A model generated the notes under the pieces. That model was not told the origin of the DNA and made no database searches. It saw only the letters and a list, made by a program, of their open reading frames with translations. From contig NC_006576.1 in assembly GCF_000010065.1 (NCBI RefSeq), positions 2,220,001 to 2,252,000 on the forward strand: a stretch of DNA of 32,000 nt, in the 5' to 3' direction. This document shows, piece by piece, positions 31,469-32,000 of this stretch; the first letter of the stretch is position 1; each line of letters begins with the position of its first letter. Source of the stretch: Synechococcus elongatus PCC 6301. GTDB lineage: Bacteria; Cyanobacteriota; Cyanobacteriia; Synechococcales; Synechococcaceae. The translations under genes and the position numbers were made by a program.

Positions 31469-32000
31469 ATGGCTCCTCTGTCTCTGTCGCTGCCGCTTGA
31501 TCAACTCCGTTTTGACGAGCGAGGACTCCTGCCAGCGATCGCCCAAGATTACTTGGACGGCACCGTGTTGATGTTGGCCTGGATGAATCGAGAGGCGTTA
31601 GAGAAAACGCTAGAAACGGGCGAGGTTTGGTATTGGAGCCGATCGCGTCAGGAACTGTGGCACAAGGGTGCGACTTCCGGCCATTTTCAGAAATTACAAG
31701 CGATTCGCTACGACTGTGACAGTGATGCCCTGCTGCTGACGATCGAGCAGATTGGAGACATTGCTTGTCACACCGGTGAGCGTAGCTGCTTCCATCGCGA
31801 TGTAGACGTTGTGACGCCACCACCTGCCGATATCCTCACGGAGGTCTATCGGGTTGTTTGCGATCGCCGCGATCGCCCCAGCGAAGCTTCCTATACCAGC
31901 AAGCTATTTGCGGGTGGCGACAATAAAATCCTCAAAAAAATTGGTGAGGAAGCCGCTGAAGTGGTGATGGCCTGCAAAGACGATGACGCCGATGGTCTAG
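31469..32000 (+). CDS. hisI: Bifunctional phosphoribosyl-AMP cyclohydrolase / phosphoribosyl-ATP pyrophosphatase (HisIE), 3'-truncated by window edge
   Basis: This open-ended ORF is not in the track. My translation is [76 protein letters not shown]...CDSDALLL...[14 protein letters not shown], then [26 protein letters not shown] (the HisE part). Confidence 0.9.
   Translation, partial: MAPLSLSLPLDQLRFDERGLLPAIAQDYLDGTVLMLAWMNREALEKTLETGEVWYWSRSRQELWHKGATSGHFQKLQAIRYDCDSDALLLTIEQIGDIACHTGERSCFHRDVDVVTPPPADILTEVYRVVCDRRDRPSEASYTSKLFAGGDNKILKKIGEEAAEVVMACKDDDADGL

Larger units (their letters stand above)
1..32000. repeat. Dispersed HIP1 octamer palindrome GCGATCGC throughout coding and non-coding sequence
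   Basis: Direct reading finds copies at 296, 322, 708, 944 and 1006 in the first ~1 kb, and similar density elsewhere. This is a hallmark of many cyanobacterial genomes. Confidence 0.9.

Noticed and set aside
1-32000. Search for mobile elements, CRISPR arrays, prophage, restriction-modification, toxin-antitoxin or known defence-system signatures
   Set aside because: I found no transposase, integrase or recombinase-like ORF. I also found no terminal inverted repeats with target duplications and no regular repeat-spacer array. No compositional island is visible apart from short AT-rich promoter regions. The single tRNA has no adjacent integrase or direct repeat of its 3' end.

Overview
This window is a core chromosomal segment of a GC-rich cyanobacterium. 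The HIP1 palindrome GCGATCGC is scattered throughout, with 5 copies in the first ~1 kb. The gene set and order (psbV, psbX, an HLIP, ycf66, a YggT/Ycf19-type protein, a Cdv3-like gene, minC) match what I remember of Synechococcus elongatus PCC 7942/6301, about Synpcc7942_1995-2028 read in reverse. That assignment is from memory and unverified.

Left to right the window contains:
- a tightly packed minus-strand glycan-synthesis cluster (GT4, priming sugar-phosphotransferase, GT2, and a partial GT4 running off the edge)
- a DUF72 gene
- the rimP-nusA-ylxR-infB operon
- a membrane protein with an acidic low-complexity tail, and a small membrane protein
- tRNA-Thr(CGU), yggT, and psbX (39 codons, below the ORF-track cut-off)
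- ycf66 followed by two tandem 3-blade PD40/TolB-like proteins
- a SpoIID/LytB protein, RNase Z with a C-terminal extension, and psbV
- a flavin-reductase-like gene followed by a 922-aa Gln-rich SbcC/Rad50-like ATPase
- coaD overlapping a DivIVA-like (Cdv3-like) coiled-coil gene
- a minus-strand run of hypothetical, CHRD, ECF sigma and anti-sigma genes
- minC and a class A PBP with an N-terminal FHA domain
- an RRM RNA-binding protein, a stand-alone GAF protein, an HLIP with an HLR1-type repeat upstream, a hypothetical, and the 5' part of hisIE

I see no transposase, integrase, CRISPR array, restriction-modification or toxin-antitoxin signature, so this is not an obvious accessory or defence island. 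The unusual items are architectural:
- the FHA-PBP fusion beside minC
- the split PD40 propeller pair
- a hook-less SbcC-like ATPase coupled to a flavin-reductase-fold gene with no SbcD
- the CHRD/ECF module divergent from minC
- an intrinsic-terminator-shaped hairpin 14 nt upstream of rimP
- several structured or repeat-bearing intergenic regions

The long antisense or alternate-frame ORFs in the track look like GC-driven artefacts. All family calls rest on motifs I could read by eye; no database search was possible.
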